From positions 1 to 61,930 of IMG/VR virus record IMGVR_UViG_3300020045_006659: 61,930 bases of DNA; one strand, 5' to 3'. Each line of letters begins with the position of its first letter. Positions within the stretch are counted from its first letter, which is position 1. The DNA comes from a virus. Lineage: Duplodnaviria > Caudoviricetes. The notes under the pieces are model-generated. The model searched no databases and was not told the origin of the DNA. It saw only the letters and a program-made list of their open reading frames with translations. Shown here piece by piece: positions 48,141-58,010 of the stretch. The position numbers and the translations under genes are program-made.

Positions 48141-48153
48141 CAAAGTATTGATA
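48141..48153 (-). promoter_or_regulatory. IHF consensus site
   Basis: TATCAATACTTTG matches WATCAANNNNTTR; near-match at 47733..47745. Confidence 0.5.
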
Positions 48154-48240
48154 TTGCGTGGAATGCTGGAATGGCGCGATAACGTGCAAAACGAGCAAGG
48201 ATTATATTTCTAGTGTAATCAGTAAGGTAGAAGTATTCCC

Positions 48241-48269
48241 TTGCTAAGTGCTTAGGATAGCGTTATATT
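48241..48269 (+). promoter_or_regulatory. Sigma70 promoter with CTAAG-N2-CTTAG operator
   Basis: TTGCTA-17-TATATT; heads the small-gene array. Confidence 0.7.
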
Positions 48270-48308
48270 GGGGTTGCCGGAAAACCAATCTGGCAGAAAA
48301 GAGATAAA

Positions 48309-48560
48309 ATGAACTCCACTTTTTACCATGATGGCTATCGTGATTGGGCCGATGGCATTTGTTCTCTTCCTGATGTCCAGGAATACATGCTAGGGCAGAA
48401 AGCCGCTGAGGAAGAGGAAGACATCAACGAAGACAACCCGCATGGAGCACGTTGCCCGATGTGTGGGGAGGAGTTAGTTGAAGGCATTTGCATCGACTGC
48501 GACGATAACAAAAACTTCGGCGAAGCATGTAGGGCATTTTATGAATCGGAGGTGAAGTAA
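48309..48560 (+). CDS. Small acidic Zn-finger protein
   Basis: CPMCG...C.DC; RBS gag. Confidence 0.6.
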   Translation: MNSTFYHDGYRDWADGICSLPDVQEYMLGQKAAEEEEDINEDNPHGARCPMCGEELVEGICIDCDDNKNFGEACRAFYESEVK

Positions 48561-48634
48561 TGAAACCCTCCAACATCGCCCCCCGCATGGAGTGAATTGC
48601 TACAATGGGCAGTGAAAACCTACTGTGTAATCAT

Positions 48635-48736
48635 ATGACGCTAGATGATTGCGCATCACTTAATCCAATTTTGCGCCGGGCTGAGGTCGAAGGCGGAGGC
48701 GTCGCTTACACCGACGATAAACCGATCCATGAGTGA
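48635..48736 (+). CDS. 33-aa peptide equal to the C-terminus of 51235..51501
   Basis: PILRRAEVEGGGVAYTDDKPIHE is shared. Confidence 0.5.
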   Translation: MTLDDCASLNPILRRAEVEGGGVAYTDDKPIHE

Positions 48737-49085
48737 CAAGCCACCGTCCGATAACTTCATGCGTGCTTTGTTAGGGGAGGTCTTTATGTGTCAACCAGAC
48801 GGCATCTATGCCGATTCGGGCAATGGACCAAAGAAAATCAGTGGGCGACAAAAGCGCTTGACCCTCAGCGGTCGCAATAGCGAGCCGATAGGCTATCGCG
48901 CGGTATATGTCGATGACGTGCATATAGGCGTAGTCTTTCGCAAGTTTGGCCAGACCTGGAGCGCCGAGGATATGGCCGGTCGCTTACATGGCGATCAGTA
49001 CACCAGTGATTGGAACGCAGCCAGACAGTTAGCACTGGCAATCAATGAAGCCACCTACGATTGGGAAGGACAACCGGAACTATGA
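48729..49085 (+). CDS. Chimeric small protein (modules A+B+tail C)
   Basis: Segments shared with 51494, 50340 and 52429 ORFs. Confidence 0.7.
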   Translation: MSDKPPSDNFMRALLGEVFMCQPDGIYADSGNGPKKISGRQKRLTLSGRNSEPIGYRAVYVDDVHIGVVFRKFGQTWSAEDMAGRLHGDQYTSDWNAARQLALAINEATYDWEGQPEL

Positions 49086-49324
49086 GCGCCTGCCAAAAAT
49101 GCAATGGATTAGGCTACATCACAGGCGGCTTACAGTCTGGTTGTCAGTGTCCTGGTTGTGCTGGCAAAGGCGAAGTCACTAAACGTGACAAAACGCTGGC
49201 CGAGTGGATCTTTCACCAGTGGCGCTATCAGGCGATAGACGAAGGATCACAGCTATGGATTCGACGCCGCGAGTTAGCAGTAGAGCAAGATTTTGATAGC
49301 TGGGAAGTTGTGAAGATATTATGA
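49082..49324 (+). CDS. Small protein with DnaJ-like Zn finger
   Basis: CQKCNGLG...CPGCAGKG. Confidence 0.6.
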   Translation: MSACQKCNGLGYITGGLQSGCQCPGCAGKGEVTKRDKTLAEWIFHQWRYQAIDEGSQLWIRRRELAVEQDFDSWEVVKIL

Positions 49325-49725
49325 GCAATACCGAATTGGACGCGCTACTAGTCCGCGTGCGTGAAATGAGCACCAATGCCGCGTATCCAGACCGTAACGC
49401 GGTCGCCTACGATTGCTACCGCATGTTCGAGGATCTCGCCAAGCACTATAAAGAACACTTTGCCATGCACATGATGTTCAAAGAGCGCTCCAATCAACGC
49501 ATGGTCAAGTTACTGGAACAACATGACTTATTGCGCGAAGTGGCGGCAATCGACGATGCCGACGATCCGGGATTGTGGAAGACTGGCGATCTACTAAAGC
49601 GGATTCGAGATTACATCGAGCCGCCCGCTAACCCTCATGCTTCCGATTGCAATTCGTGGCTAGGCGAGCCGTGTAATTGTGTGACCGGGAAATACCTCGA
49701 AGATCTAGACAGGAGCCTATTTTGA
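49321..49725 (+). CDS. Hypothetical protein (module E + tail D), paralog of 52429..52851
   Basis: TELDALL.RVRE, VAYDC.RMFEDLAK and HASDC. Confidence 0.75.
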   Translation: MSNTELDALLVRVREMSTNAAYPDRNAVAYDCYRMFEDLAKHYKEHFAMHMMFKERSNQRMVKLLEQHDLLREVAAIDDADDPGLWKTGDLLKRIRDYIEPPANPHASDCNSWLGEPCNCVTGKYLEDLDRSLF

Positions 49726-50021
49726 ATTGCGATTGCGGGAAATACCCAGAAGGCGCTCAACACACAGGCCTGGATTGCGGCGTATCATTACCGCATCCGC
49801 GCGTCTTAGCTCGTGTTTACAAAGAGATAGAAGACAAGTATCCCGCTCCGGTTATCACCGAAGATCAGAAGCAAAAGTATTTCGAGGAAGGCTACGATCA
49901 GTGCTTTGCAGAGGTCATCGACGAAGTGAACCGTTGGAATCATCCGGACACTAAGTCTTTTGTTATGTGGCTGAAAAACACTTTCAAACTGTCAGCGGCG
50001 AAACTGCCGCGCGGAGATTGA
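49722..50021 (+). CDS. Hypothetical protein
   Basis: TTG start overlapping the upstream stop. Confidence 0.5.
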   Translation: MNCDCGKYPEGAQHTGLDCGVSLPHPRVLARVYKEIEDKYPAPVITEDQKQKYFEEGYDQCFAEVIDEVNRWNHPDTKSFVMWLKNTFKLSAAKLPRGD

Positions 50022-50128
50022 AAAACAGTTCCGGCCCCTGTCTTATCTCCAGAGGCCGAACGCTGCAAGCTGGTAACTTGCCATGGTTGCGGGGCGATAC
50101 GCCGCAACCGAAAACGGGAAGGGGGAAT

Positions 50129-50347
50129 ATGAGCGCTAACGGTGAATTGGGAAAACCAATACGCGGCCTAGAATGTTGTTGTTGCGGACAATCTACGCGC
50201 GGTCGGCAGTGGTGGAATCGGGATACGGGGTATGGAATTTGCCCGCCCTGTATCAAGTACGTGAAGTCTCATGGCGAAACCGACGCAGAGATACGGGACA
50301 ATTACGGAATTGAAGGCGTTCACTATGAGGTATCTCTCCATGGCTAA
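50129..50347 (+). CDS. Small Zn-binding phage protein
   Basis: CCCCG..TRGRQWWNRDTGYGIC..C. Confidence 0.7.
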   Translation: MSANGELGKPIRGLECCCCGQSTRGRQWWNRDTGYGICPPCIKYVKSHGETDAEIRDNYGIEGVHYEVSLHG

Positions 50348-50564
50348 AATTCACTTGACCCTAAGCGGTCGCAATTCTGAGCCTTTGGGAATCCGCGCGG
50401 TATACGCCGATGAGCAACAAATAGGCGTAGTCCGTCAATCGCGCGATAGTGAGGGCCTATGGATCGCCGATGATATGCAGGGACACTGCCACGGAGTGAG
50501 CTACACCACCGATTGGTACGCAGCCAAGCAGTTAGCCTTAGGGCTTGGGATGGACCCACGATGA
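50340..50564 (+). CDS. Stand-alone module B protein
   Basis: LTLSGRNSEP...QLAL, homologous to the middle of the 48729 ORF. Confidence 0.65.
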   Translation: MAKIHLTLSGRNSEPLGIRAVYADEQQIGVVRQSRDSEGLWIADDMQGHCHGVSYTTDWYAAKQLALGLGMDPR

Positions 50565-51501
50565 GTATGCTACCGCCTTTTATCAAACTGAAGAATCATC
50601 CGGGTAACAGTGATCCATCGGCCCGCTTAGTCGATTCTCAGGCTTACGCTGGAGTTTATCAAACGGCGAATGGATTCGTGGGCACTCTCCCGGCAGGAAT
50701 GGCATTTGAGGGATTTTTTAGCACGCGCGAAGAGGCCAAAGCAGCGGTATCCCGCGTTATGGATGGATTCAAGCGGAGGCCCGAATGAGCAAAGCCATTC
50801 AAGACATTGCAGCCAATGAGGATTACAGGCGTTTGATGAGCCTAACTCACGCTCAGGATGACTTTGTACAGCGATACTCCGCACTCATCCCGGATGATCG
50901 CCGCCGCGAAGACTTCAGGCGCGATCTAGTTTACTTGATCCATTTGACCTATCGTCAAGCGCAAGAGCCACTTACAAAGCAATTGACGGAATACGTTATG
51001 GCTTACTCAAACTGCAAGCCAATCATCATGGAGAAACTATGAGCGGCTTCGGGCCACGCACGTACTTAGTCGGTCAATTGTTGCCCGTCATGATTGCCAA
51101 CCATCCGGGAGGCGCGATAACCTCACAATCCACGGCTGAGGCCCTGGACGAAGCAATCCGCATGACTCTGTACATTGCCGATTTAACCATCGGTCGCATG
51201 GGTAAACAGATAGTCCATGACTTCGAGGAAACTAATGCTAAATCAACCGATAATCCAGCCGTCTAGCGATGCGGATTGGAAAGCGTACTACGAACGCAAG
51301 AGCCGGATCTCCGAGAAACGGGAGAAAGCCATGCGCCTAGCTATTGAACAGGCCCTAACGCTAATGTCAGAGCCGAATTGGGAAGGGATGCAAGCGGCAG
51401 TAATGGTGCTGGAAATGGCTGCACGCCACCCGATTCTACGCCGGGCTGAGGTCGAAGGCGGAGGCGTCGCTTACACCGACGATAAACCAATCCATGAGTG
51501 A
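50561..51501 (+). CDS. Four coupled small hypothetical ORFs (50561..50788, 50785..51042, 51039..51266, 51235..51501)
   Basis: Successive start/stop overlaps. Confidence 0.55.
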
Positions 51502-51805
51502 TAAGCTGTCGTCTGATGACTTCATGCGTGCCCTATTGGGTGAAGTCTTTATGATTCAACCGGATGGAGTGTATAGCGATTTAGGTAAAGGCCCTGAGAA
51601 AATCAGTAACGCGCTTACCCGCGCATCCGTGCAAGCTGAGGAATGCCAGTGTGTTAGCTGCGTCATGTGCTCCGGTACTGGCCGCGTGAAGATCGACCAT
51701 TGGTCCGACATGGAAACCGAGCCATGCGAAGACTGCGAAAACGGAATCAGTGAAGTTTGCGGACGCTGCGAGTATCTAGCGGATCTGGATAGGGAGCTAT
51801 TCTGA
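51494..51805 (+). CDS. Chimeric small protein (module A + Zn finger + tail D)
   Basis: MSDK...FMRALLGEVF, CxxC repeats and YLADLDRELF. Confidence 0.7.
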   Translation: MSDKLSSDDFMRALLGEVFMIQPDGVYSDLGKGPEKISNALTRASVQAEECQCVSCVMCSGTGRVKIDHWSDMETEPCEDCENGISEVCGRCEYLADLDRELF

Positions 51806-52436
51806 TGAGCGAATATGATCGGCTGAAGGCACAGAAAGATGAAATACTGGCACGCGAATTGGAGATTGTATGCTCATCGTGTGGCGGTACTTGCATTTAC
51901 AAGCGTGAAGGCAATCGGGTTGTGTTCATGCATAGCTGTACTCCTCCGCAGGTGCGCGAACGTATGATAAAGCTTCGCAAGATAGCGTGGCCGTGGATTC
52001 CCGCGCGACAGAACCAGATTACCTTTGACGAATGGAGCGAGCTAGTTCGATGGGTAACGGAATCTGAATTGGTGGTTTCGGAGGCGAAGCAATGAGTAAG
52101 TGTAAACTCAAGCCAATACCGCAATTGGATGCCCGCCTAGTAAACCCGATCTTGAAACGCTTCGGGTTCAAACTCCCTGAAAATGTACAGCGCAGGCGGA
52201 CGGCGCCAGGTCGAGCTATCGCACGCTGGCACCTTGGCTATTACTACGGCTACGGCGAAAAGGATCTTTGGATTCCGCTCAATGAATACGGGGGCATGGC
52301 GACGAAAGCCTTTCATGAGCACACGGTTAAATTTCCGAAGCGGATCGATACAGCCTTACGTAAGCTGCTAGATCGTGAAACGGATTCCGTTAGGGCGATT
52401 CGCGGGAAGTTAGCGGAGGCCAACAAATATGCCTGA
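51805..52436 (+). CDS. Two small hypothetical ORFs (51805..52095, 52092..52436)
   Basis: Coupled ORFs. Confidence 0.55.
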
Positions 52437-52851
52437 GATGACTGAACTAGACGCGCTCTTGTCCCGCGTCCGCGAAGACAAAGCCGATACCACCGGCAAG
52501 AATCGAAACGTGGTTGCCTATGACTGCTGGCGCATGTTCGAGGATCTCGCCAAGCGCTACAAAGAAGAGTTTGCCATGCGGGATATGTACAAAATCCGCG
52601 CCAATCAACGCATGATGAAGATACTAGAGCAACATGACCTATTGCGCGAAGTGGCCGCAATCGATGATGCCGACGATCCTGGATTGTGGAAGTACGCGGA
52701 CCTGCTAACGCGCATTCGGGAGTACATCGAAACGGTGGCGAATCCGCACGCCTCAGACTGCAATTCATGGCTGGGCGAGCCGTGTAGCTGCGTCACGGGC
52801 AGGGAAGCTACGGACTGGCGCGACGATTGGGAAGGACAACCGGAACTATGA
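52429..52851 (+). CDS. Hypothetical protein (module E + tail C)
   Basis: Paralog of 49321..49725. Confidence 0.75.
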   Translation: MPEMTELDALLSRVREDKADTTGKNRNVVAYDCWRMFEDLAKRYKEEFAMRDMYKIRANQRMMKILEQHDLLREVAAIDDADDPGLWKYADLLTRIREYIETVANPHASDCNSWLGEPCSCVTGREATDWRDDWEGQPEL

Positions 52852-53766
52852 GCCAATGGCGACCTACCCCACGCGATTCAACCGAAGCCGTTCTACTGAT
52901 GTTCCTAGCATTCTTCGCGCTCATGGCCGTGTGGTCTGTCGCAGAGTGGCTATACTCGCACATCTGGCGCTCGTGGCGCGTTCGGCGGTACTTGCGGCGT
53001 ATTCGGCAGCATGAAAGCGCCGTAGATCGCTCCAAATACGCGCTACGGTCTACGGTGAGGCCGCTATGAAGAAACTTACGGGACAAATTACCATCGGGCG
53101 CACAACGGCGGCGGATAACGACGAACCAATCCGCATCGAGATCACCGACAAGGCCAGCGGTATTCGTATCGTCACGCTCACGATGCGGTTAGAGGATTTC
53201 GCTTCTTGCGTGACTGGCTTGGGATACCAGAAGTGCTCCGTTGAACTGACCGAAGATCCTACGGGAAAACTAGGCAAACACATCAAAGCAAAGACTGAAC
53301 TGGTGCCGTTTAAGTGGTCTGGCAAGTATGAGGACGAGAAAGGCAAGCGTAAAGCAGCCGACAAAGCCGTTGCGCCGTTCTTGGTCGATGGCTGGTCTGA
53401 ATACCGGGCCAGCGATCTATTCAACCATCACACGTGGTCACGCGGCAACGATGGGCTAGACTATCAGGCGGTAGTATTTTGGCGATACGACGAAACGCCA
53501 GAGGGAGCTCCACAAAAAGGGCAAAAGCCATGACCGACGCGCCCAAGTCCACCCATGGCGGGGCCGCAAGCGCTCGGATCAGCCGCGCTGCGCTTGCGGC
53601 AAGACAACACTGGCGCGGGCTAAGCGGAACCGGCACAAGTGCAAGCCAATTTGACCGCTATTGGTCATCTGATAGGAAACTGCGGAGATACCAGCCGATT
53701 GTAAAGCCGATCAGTATGCCGAGGGCAAGCATCAGCGGTCCTGGCTCGTTTGTTCCAGGTAGGTGA
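52848..53766 (+). CDS. Three hypothetical ORFs (52848..53069 membrane, 53066..53533, 53530..53766)
   Basis: ATGA-coupled ORFs. Confidence 0.55.
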
Positions 53767-53944
53767 CGCGCCTATCGATGGAATCAACATGTTGCTTCTC
53801 CGCGAACGTGTTGCGCGCCCATTCGCGCAAGTCACTGGCGAGTCGTGAGATTTCCAGTTTGATTTGGAGCAGGAGGAAGTAATTCGCGGCTCCGGCAATT
53901 GCAAGTATACCCGTCATAATGGCGCTGATCATAGGCCAGTTCAC
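53732..53944 (-). CDS. Single-TM + coiled-coil protein (holin/lysis-associated candidate)
   Basis: N-terminal TM; C-terminal IDRRVT.LE. Confidence 0.5.
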   Translation of the reverse strand: MNWPMISAIMTGILAIAGAANYFLLLQIKLEISRLASDLREWARNTFAEKQHVDSIDRRVTYLEQTSQDR

Positions 53945-53948
53945 GGTA

Positions 53949-54341
53949 CTACTTGGCCTCCGGTGGATTGATGGTGGTTGTGCTGGTGTGCGGAGAAAGA
54001 ACGACTGTCCCGTCTGGCCCTACCGTAGTAGTATGCGCAGATCGTTCTTTTATCACGGTTGGTTCAAATTCTGGTGGTATCGCCCAGATCGGCGGCATTT
54101 TCAGGTAGGCTTTGTGCTCGTCGTAATAGTTCCATAGCTTCATCCCTACTCCGGTAAGAGCTAATTCCCGCACGAGACCCCAGTCAGTGGCGTCTGTGTA
54201 ATTTCTATAGTTATGCCAAGCAGCCACGATAGCGGGAATCATTCCATAACCGCCGGCCTTTACTGCGCCAATGGAAAAGTAGAGCAACGCCTTATCCCAG
54301 GTATAATCGGTCTTGTCCCCTAATGCGCTTAGAATTTGCAT
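53949..54341 (-). CDS. Membrane protein, holin candidate
   Basis: Two hydrophobic segments, near the endolysin. Confidence 0.45.
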   Translation of the reverse strand: MQILSALGDKTDYTWDKALLYFSIGAVKAGGYGMIPAIVAAWHNYRNYTDATDWGLVRELALTGVGMKLWNYYDEHKAYLKMPPIWAIPPEFEPTVIKERSAHTTTVGPDGTVVLSPHTSTTTINPPEAK

Positions 54342-54347
54342 TGCAAG

Positions 54348-54542
54348 CTACCCCTCCGGTTTGACCGTCGGCGTGATCGTAATGCTGATCTCGCTGTTAG
54401 TCAGCAGGTAACGAACTTCCGCGCCAAGGTCAGTGGCAAACTTGGCAAGAACGGCCGGCAGTAGCTTTTCTGCACGATCAGCTAGAGCGGCGGCCAGGGC
54501 CTGCTCATCGACAACGTTTTTCTCGTTGACTAGCATTCCCAT
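54348..54542 (-). CDS. Hypothetical protein
   Basis: ATG 7 nt after a TATCAT -10 box. Confidence 0.55.
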   Translation of the reverse strand: MGMLVNEKNVVDEQALAAALADRAEKLLPAVLAKFATDLGAEVRYLLTNSEISITITPTVKPEG

Positions 54543-54686
54543 GGTGAAAATGATACACCATTTTCCCGTTTTCGTGATATAGTACCGCCAATGGGCGTTT
54601 CCTCCGTTGCGCCCGCCACCGCTGCGGGCGGCTTCCACCACCCTGGACGCAAAGCCGCCCGCGCCCTAACGTGATACAATTTCCGC

Positions 54687-55043
54687 ATGGCTAACCCACT
54701 GAAGGCTATCGGCGGTTTCTTTGCAAAGGTGTTTCGCTGGTTCACGAGCGATGCGGCGCAGCGTGTGGCCGAGAAGATCCAGGAGTATTGCAAGGCCGCG
54801 CTGCCCGTTGTGGAGTTCATCGCGTCACTAACCCCCACGCGCATTGACGATGAGATTATCGCGCTATTCAAGCGGTTCGGGCTGGAGAATGTTGAGAAGT
54901 ATCTGGCGCTGCCCCAGGATGACCGCGGAACGGCACTGATGGCCGCCGCCGTATCGGAACTCCAGCGACAATTCCCTGATGCGCCGATTAGCCAGCTACG
55001 CGCCGCCATTGAGCTAGCCGTGAGCTTATCCAAGGCGAAGTAG
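54687..55043 (+). CDS. Helical protein upstream of endolysin (holin-like)
   Basis: Amphipathic N-terminus; LTPT.IDD and LRAAIE.AV motifs. Confidence 0.55.
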   Translation: MANPLKAIGGFFAKVFRWFTSDAAQRVAEKIQEYCKAALPVVEFIASLTPTRIDDEIIALFKRFGLENVEKYLALPQDDRGTALMAAAVSELQRQFPDAPISQLRAAIELAVSLSKAK

Positions 55044-55173
55044 TGCTCACCGTGGCGCTGTTAGTTGTGACGCTCGGCTCGAAGGACTACCCTCAGCTAG
55101 TCAGCAACATAAAGCTCATCAGCCGGCACACGGCCTGCTTGGTCACGACGCGGCACAGGTGCAAGAAACGCTA

Positions 55174-55776
55174 ATGGCAACACTGTCCGAGCGCATAGCG
55201 ACGATGTGCCGCGCTGCCGTGGTCACAGAGAAGGCTACGGGATGCCCCGCTGAGTTGCTGGTAGCTCAATGCGCTGTCGAGAGTGGATGGTTGCAGCACG
55301 CGCCGGGGAATAACGCGCTTGGATACAAGCACTACCCGGGAGCGTTCGGTAAGCAGTTACTCGCAACAACTGAGTGGTTTACGGATGCCCAGGCGGTCAA
55401 GTTCGCTGGCGGTGATGGCATTCTTGAGGTTCCCAGCGATGTCACGATTGACCTTCCCGATGGCCGGTGGATCCGCCCGATGAACACGCGAATCGATGAC
55501 AAGCGGATGTACGCCGTCCGCGACTGGTTCGCAGTGTTCCCTAGTCTCGAAGCGTGTTTCGCGCGACGTGCGGAGCGCTGGAAGGCCGGCCAATCCCTCC
55601 CATGGGTCAAAGCGTTCCACAAGACCGGCGACTTGACCGCGATGCTACGGGCTATGGCTGCGGGCTATGCCACGGCGCCGGATTACGCCGATTCCCTACT
55701 GGCTGTGCTCGACAAACCCGAAGTGCAAGCAGGGCTAGTGCAAGCACGCGCCGAACTAGGCACGCTCAAGGCTTAG
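55174..55776 (+). CDS. Endolysin, GH73 glucosaminidase/FlgJ-like
   Basis: AQC..ESGW, NN.LG.K, TTEW, F..F.SL and GYATAP.YA. Confidence 0.88.
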   Translation: MATLSERIATMCRAAVVTEKATGCPAELLVAQCAVESGWLQHAPGNNALGYKHYPGAFGKQLLATTEWFTDAQAVKFAGGDGILEVPSDVTIDLPDGRWIRPMNTRIDDKRMYAVRDWFAVFPSLEACFARRAERWKAGQSLPWVKAFHKTGDLTAMLRAMAAGYATAPDYADSLLAVLDKPEVQAGLVQARAELGTLKA

Positions 55777-55976
55777 TTTCGCGTATCAGCCATTGGGCTT
55801 GTCCTCCGCTCTATGCAGTCCAAATTCGCGCTGAAGTGTTCTACAGAACATCCCCCAAGCTATTTGCTCTCGTGGCTTCAATTGATCCCATGGAGGATCT
55901 ACAAACCCCGCCCCCGTAACTTGCAGCCCTTCATTTTTAAGGCTTTCCAAATAGACTTCGTATAATATCTTTGGGT

Positions 55977-56354
55977 TCATCCCGCTTTCTCCTGCTCCCC
56001 GTGGTAGGCGATGAGTAATGCACACCAATTACAAGAGCAACGTTCACCATGCGGATTCTCTTTCATTAGTCGATCAAGAATCACCATCGCCTCTATATAC
56101 GCTTGGGCGAATGTGGGAACGTCGGTGCGGGCGGCTGCGATGAAATCTCCGTTGTCTTTCAGCGGTAGATTGGCACCGACGCCGCGCATTCGGGTGAGAG
56201 TACCTTCTTCGTCCTGTCCATCATCTGCGACCATCTCATGATTTGGCCCCCAAATGAACATCTGATAGTACTTGTCTAATATCCACGGCCCTTTCGTCGC
56301 CTTCTCCGCTCTCTGAATCGCGGCAAGAGCCTCGGCTTTAGTTGGCATCTTCAT
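55977..56354 (-). CDS. Ead/Ea22-like protein
   Basis: AEKAT.GPW and .FIAAARTDVP. Confidence 0.7.
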   Translation of the reverse strand: MKMPTKAEALAAIQRAEKATKGPWILDKYYQMFIWGPNHEMVADDGQDEEGTLTRMRGVGANLPLKDNGDFIAAARTDVPTFAQAYIEAMVILDRLMKENPHGERCSCNWCALLIAYHGEQEKAG

Positions 56355-57515
56355 CCCTGTTCCCCGATCTCGCGGAGGGCTGCTCGCGCTTTTCTGACAG
56401 AGAAGGCCGTTACTTGTTTATTGCAATACTCGGTTTTAGCTACCCAGGACCCATCCACAAGAGAAGAGGGGCAATGTATTTCCGCGAACGGCTTCAGCGC
56501 CTCCATCAGCTTTTGCTGGCGCTGCTTCGTCTCCAATGCTTTTGCGTTCAGGGACATGATTGTTCCCTGACACTCAACCAACCGAGAAAGAGAAATTTGC
56601 AAGGCTTCTCCGGCAGCCTCGTATTTCTGCTCCAGCTGGTCGATGGTGGCGAGGGCGCGAGGAATGTATTCACCGAGCCGTGCATAGCCCTCTTCGTCAG
56701 ATGCCGCTAGGTACTGATAGTACAGGGTCGCCCGCTCCTCTTTGCTCAACGGCTGCAATGGCTGGCTCATTTGGATCTCCGAATAGTTCGGCAAAAGTGT
56801 GCAGTGGAAACCCTATCCGGTCGGTGGTCGAATTTAACGTCAGCAACCCAATCTCTCGACCACCAGCTTTTCCCGTAGCGGTAAACTTTAAGAATTGTGG
56901 CTGGCTTCCAGAACTGTTCATTGTCGCCAACGTCCTTCCCTTTCCATAACAAACCGTCGAACACTAGTACGCGATCACCAACACAAATTCGGTCGCTCAT
57001 CTTTCCTCCTTGGGTGGATCGGGAAGCCTGCGCGCGACATCTTTGGTATGTCGTTCAATTTCATCTAGTTCACTCATAGCCCTAGCCTCTCCACTGCCCG
57101 CATTGCACTGCCGACGTAGGTGTCACTCATCCCCATGCGCTTCGCTATCAGCTTGATAGTCAACGGTATACCCTGCGCCTCGGCCTTCCGTTTTAGCTCC
57201 AGCGCCCTTGCTCCGTCTCTCAGCCTAGTTACTGCTTTTTGTTGCAGCGTTTCCCTAGTCTTGGGCATTCCGTTTCCTCCACCACTTGCGCGTGGCATGC
57301 GCTCTGTACAATCGCCGCTCCTCCAGGGTCAGATACTTCCACCCGATGCGCTTCGGCTCCATCTCGCGCAGTTCTGGCTCACGGTGGCCGCAATCCAGAG
57401 ACAGGCTAGAGCAGATGAAACACTTGCGGCGATACCCCTTCGATGGACGGCGCGTGACCTCCGTAGCAACAGCCCCCGCTATCGGCTTACTCGGGCCTCC
57501 ACGCCGTCTATCCAT
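56351..57515 (-). CDS. Several small hypothetical ORFs (56351..56770, 56767..57000, 57074..57268 HTH-like, 57255..57515)
   Basis: Coupled ORFs; IAKRMGMS..YV helix-turn-helix pattern in 57074..57268. Confidence 0.5.
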
Positions 57516-57554
57516 GGGTCCGCACCAGCCAAAAGACCGCCCGCTCCACGCTTT

Positions 57555-58010
57555 TCATTCGACTAATCCCTTCCATGCTCTCCAGCGCTCTAGTAGATAT
57601 GCCTTAGCTGACGCTGTTTCGATTTTCTGAAGGCATCCGGTTGTTAAGTTACGGTAGACATCAGCATTCTCGATCTCTTCCCAAAGCATCCCTAATGCCG
57701 GCTGTCCATCGCACGCTAAACCGTTGCGGATATACATGCAATCCAAACACGTATGGGATGCCATGAAAGAACCTTCCCATAATCCTGATGTTCTTTCGCA
57801 CTTATTCCCCTTTGCGATTACGCGGCGACATTCCTCGCATCTATGCTCTTTGCGGCACTTCACGATCTTCTGTTCAAAAAGTTCGATGTATCCGTCGTCT
57901 CCATCGTAGCCGTACACGCATACATTACACTCGCTCATGCCCCCACCTTTCTGCACCCGCATTCCCGCGCCGCGCTCACTCTGATTGCTCCTTGAGAAAG
58001 TCCATCCCAC
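57555..58010 (-). CDS. Zn-binding phage protein (start uncertain)
   Basis: RKEH.C.EC...I..G...E...G.W.G......C..C. Confidence 0.65.
   Translation of the reverse strand: MGWTFSRSNQSERGAGMRVQKGGGMSECNVCVYGYDGDDGYIELFEQKIVKCRKEHRCEECRRVIAKGNKCERTSGLWEGSFMASHTCLDCMYIRNGLACDGQPALGMLWEEIENADVYRNLTTGCLQKIETASAKAYLLERWRAWKGLVE

Noticed and set aside
47713-48213. Short overlapping ORFs on both strands
   Set aside because: They lack RBSs, motifs and coupling, so the region is better explained as non-coding.
48674-52853. Integron attC-type cassette array
   Set aside because: The repeats are coding, direct and non-palindromic, and no tyrosine recombinase is present.
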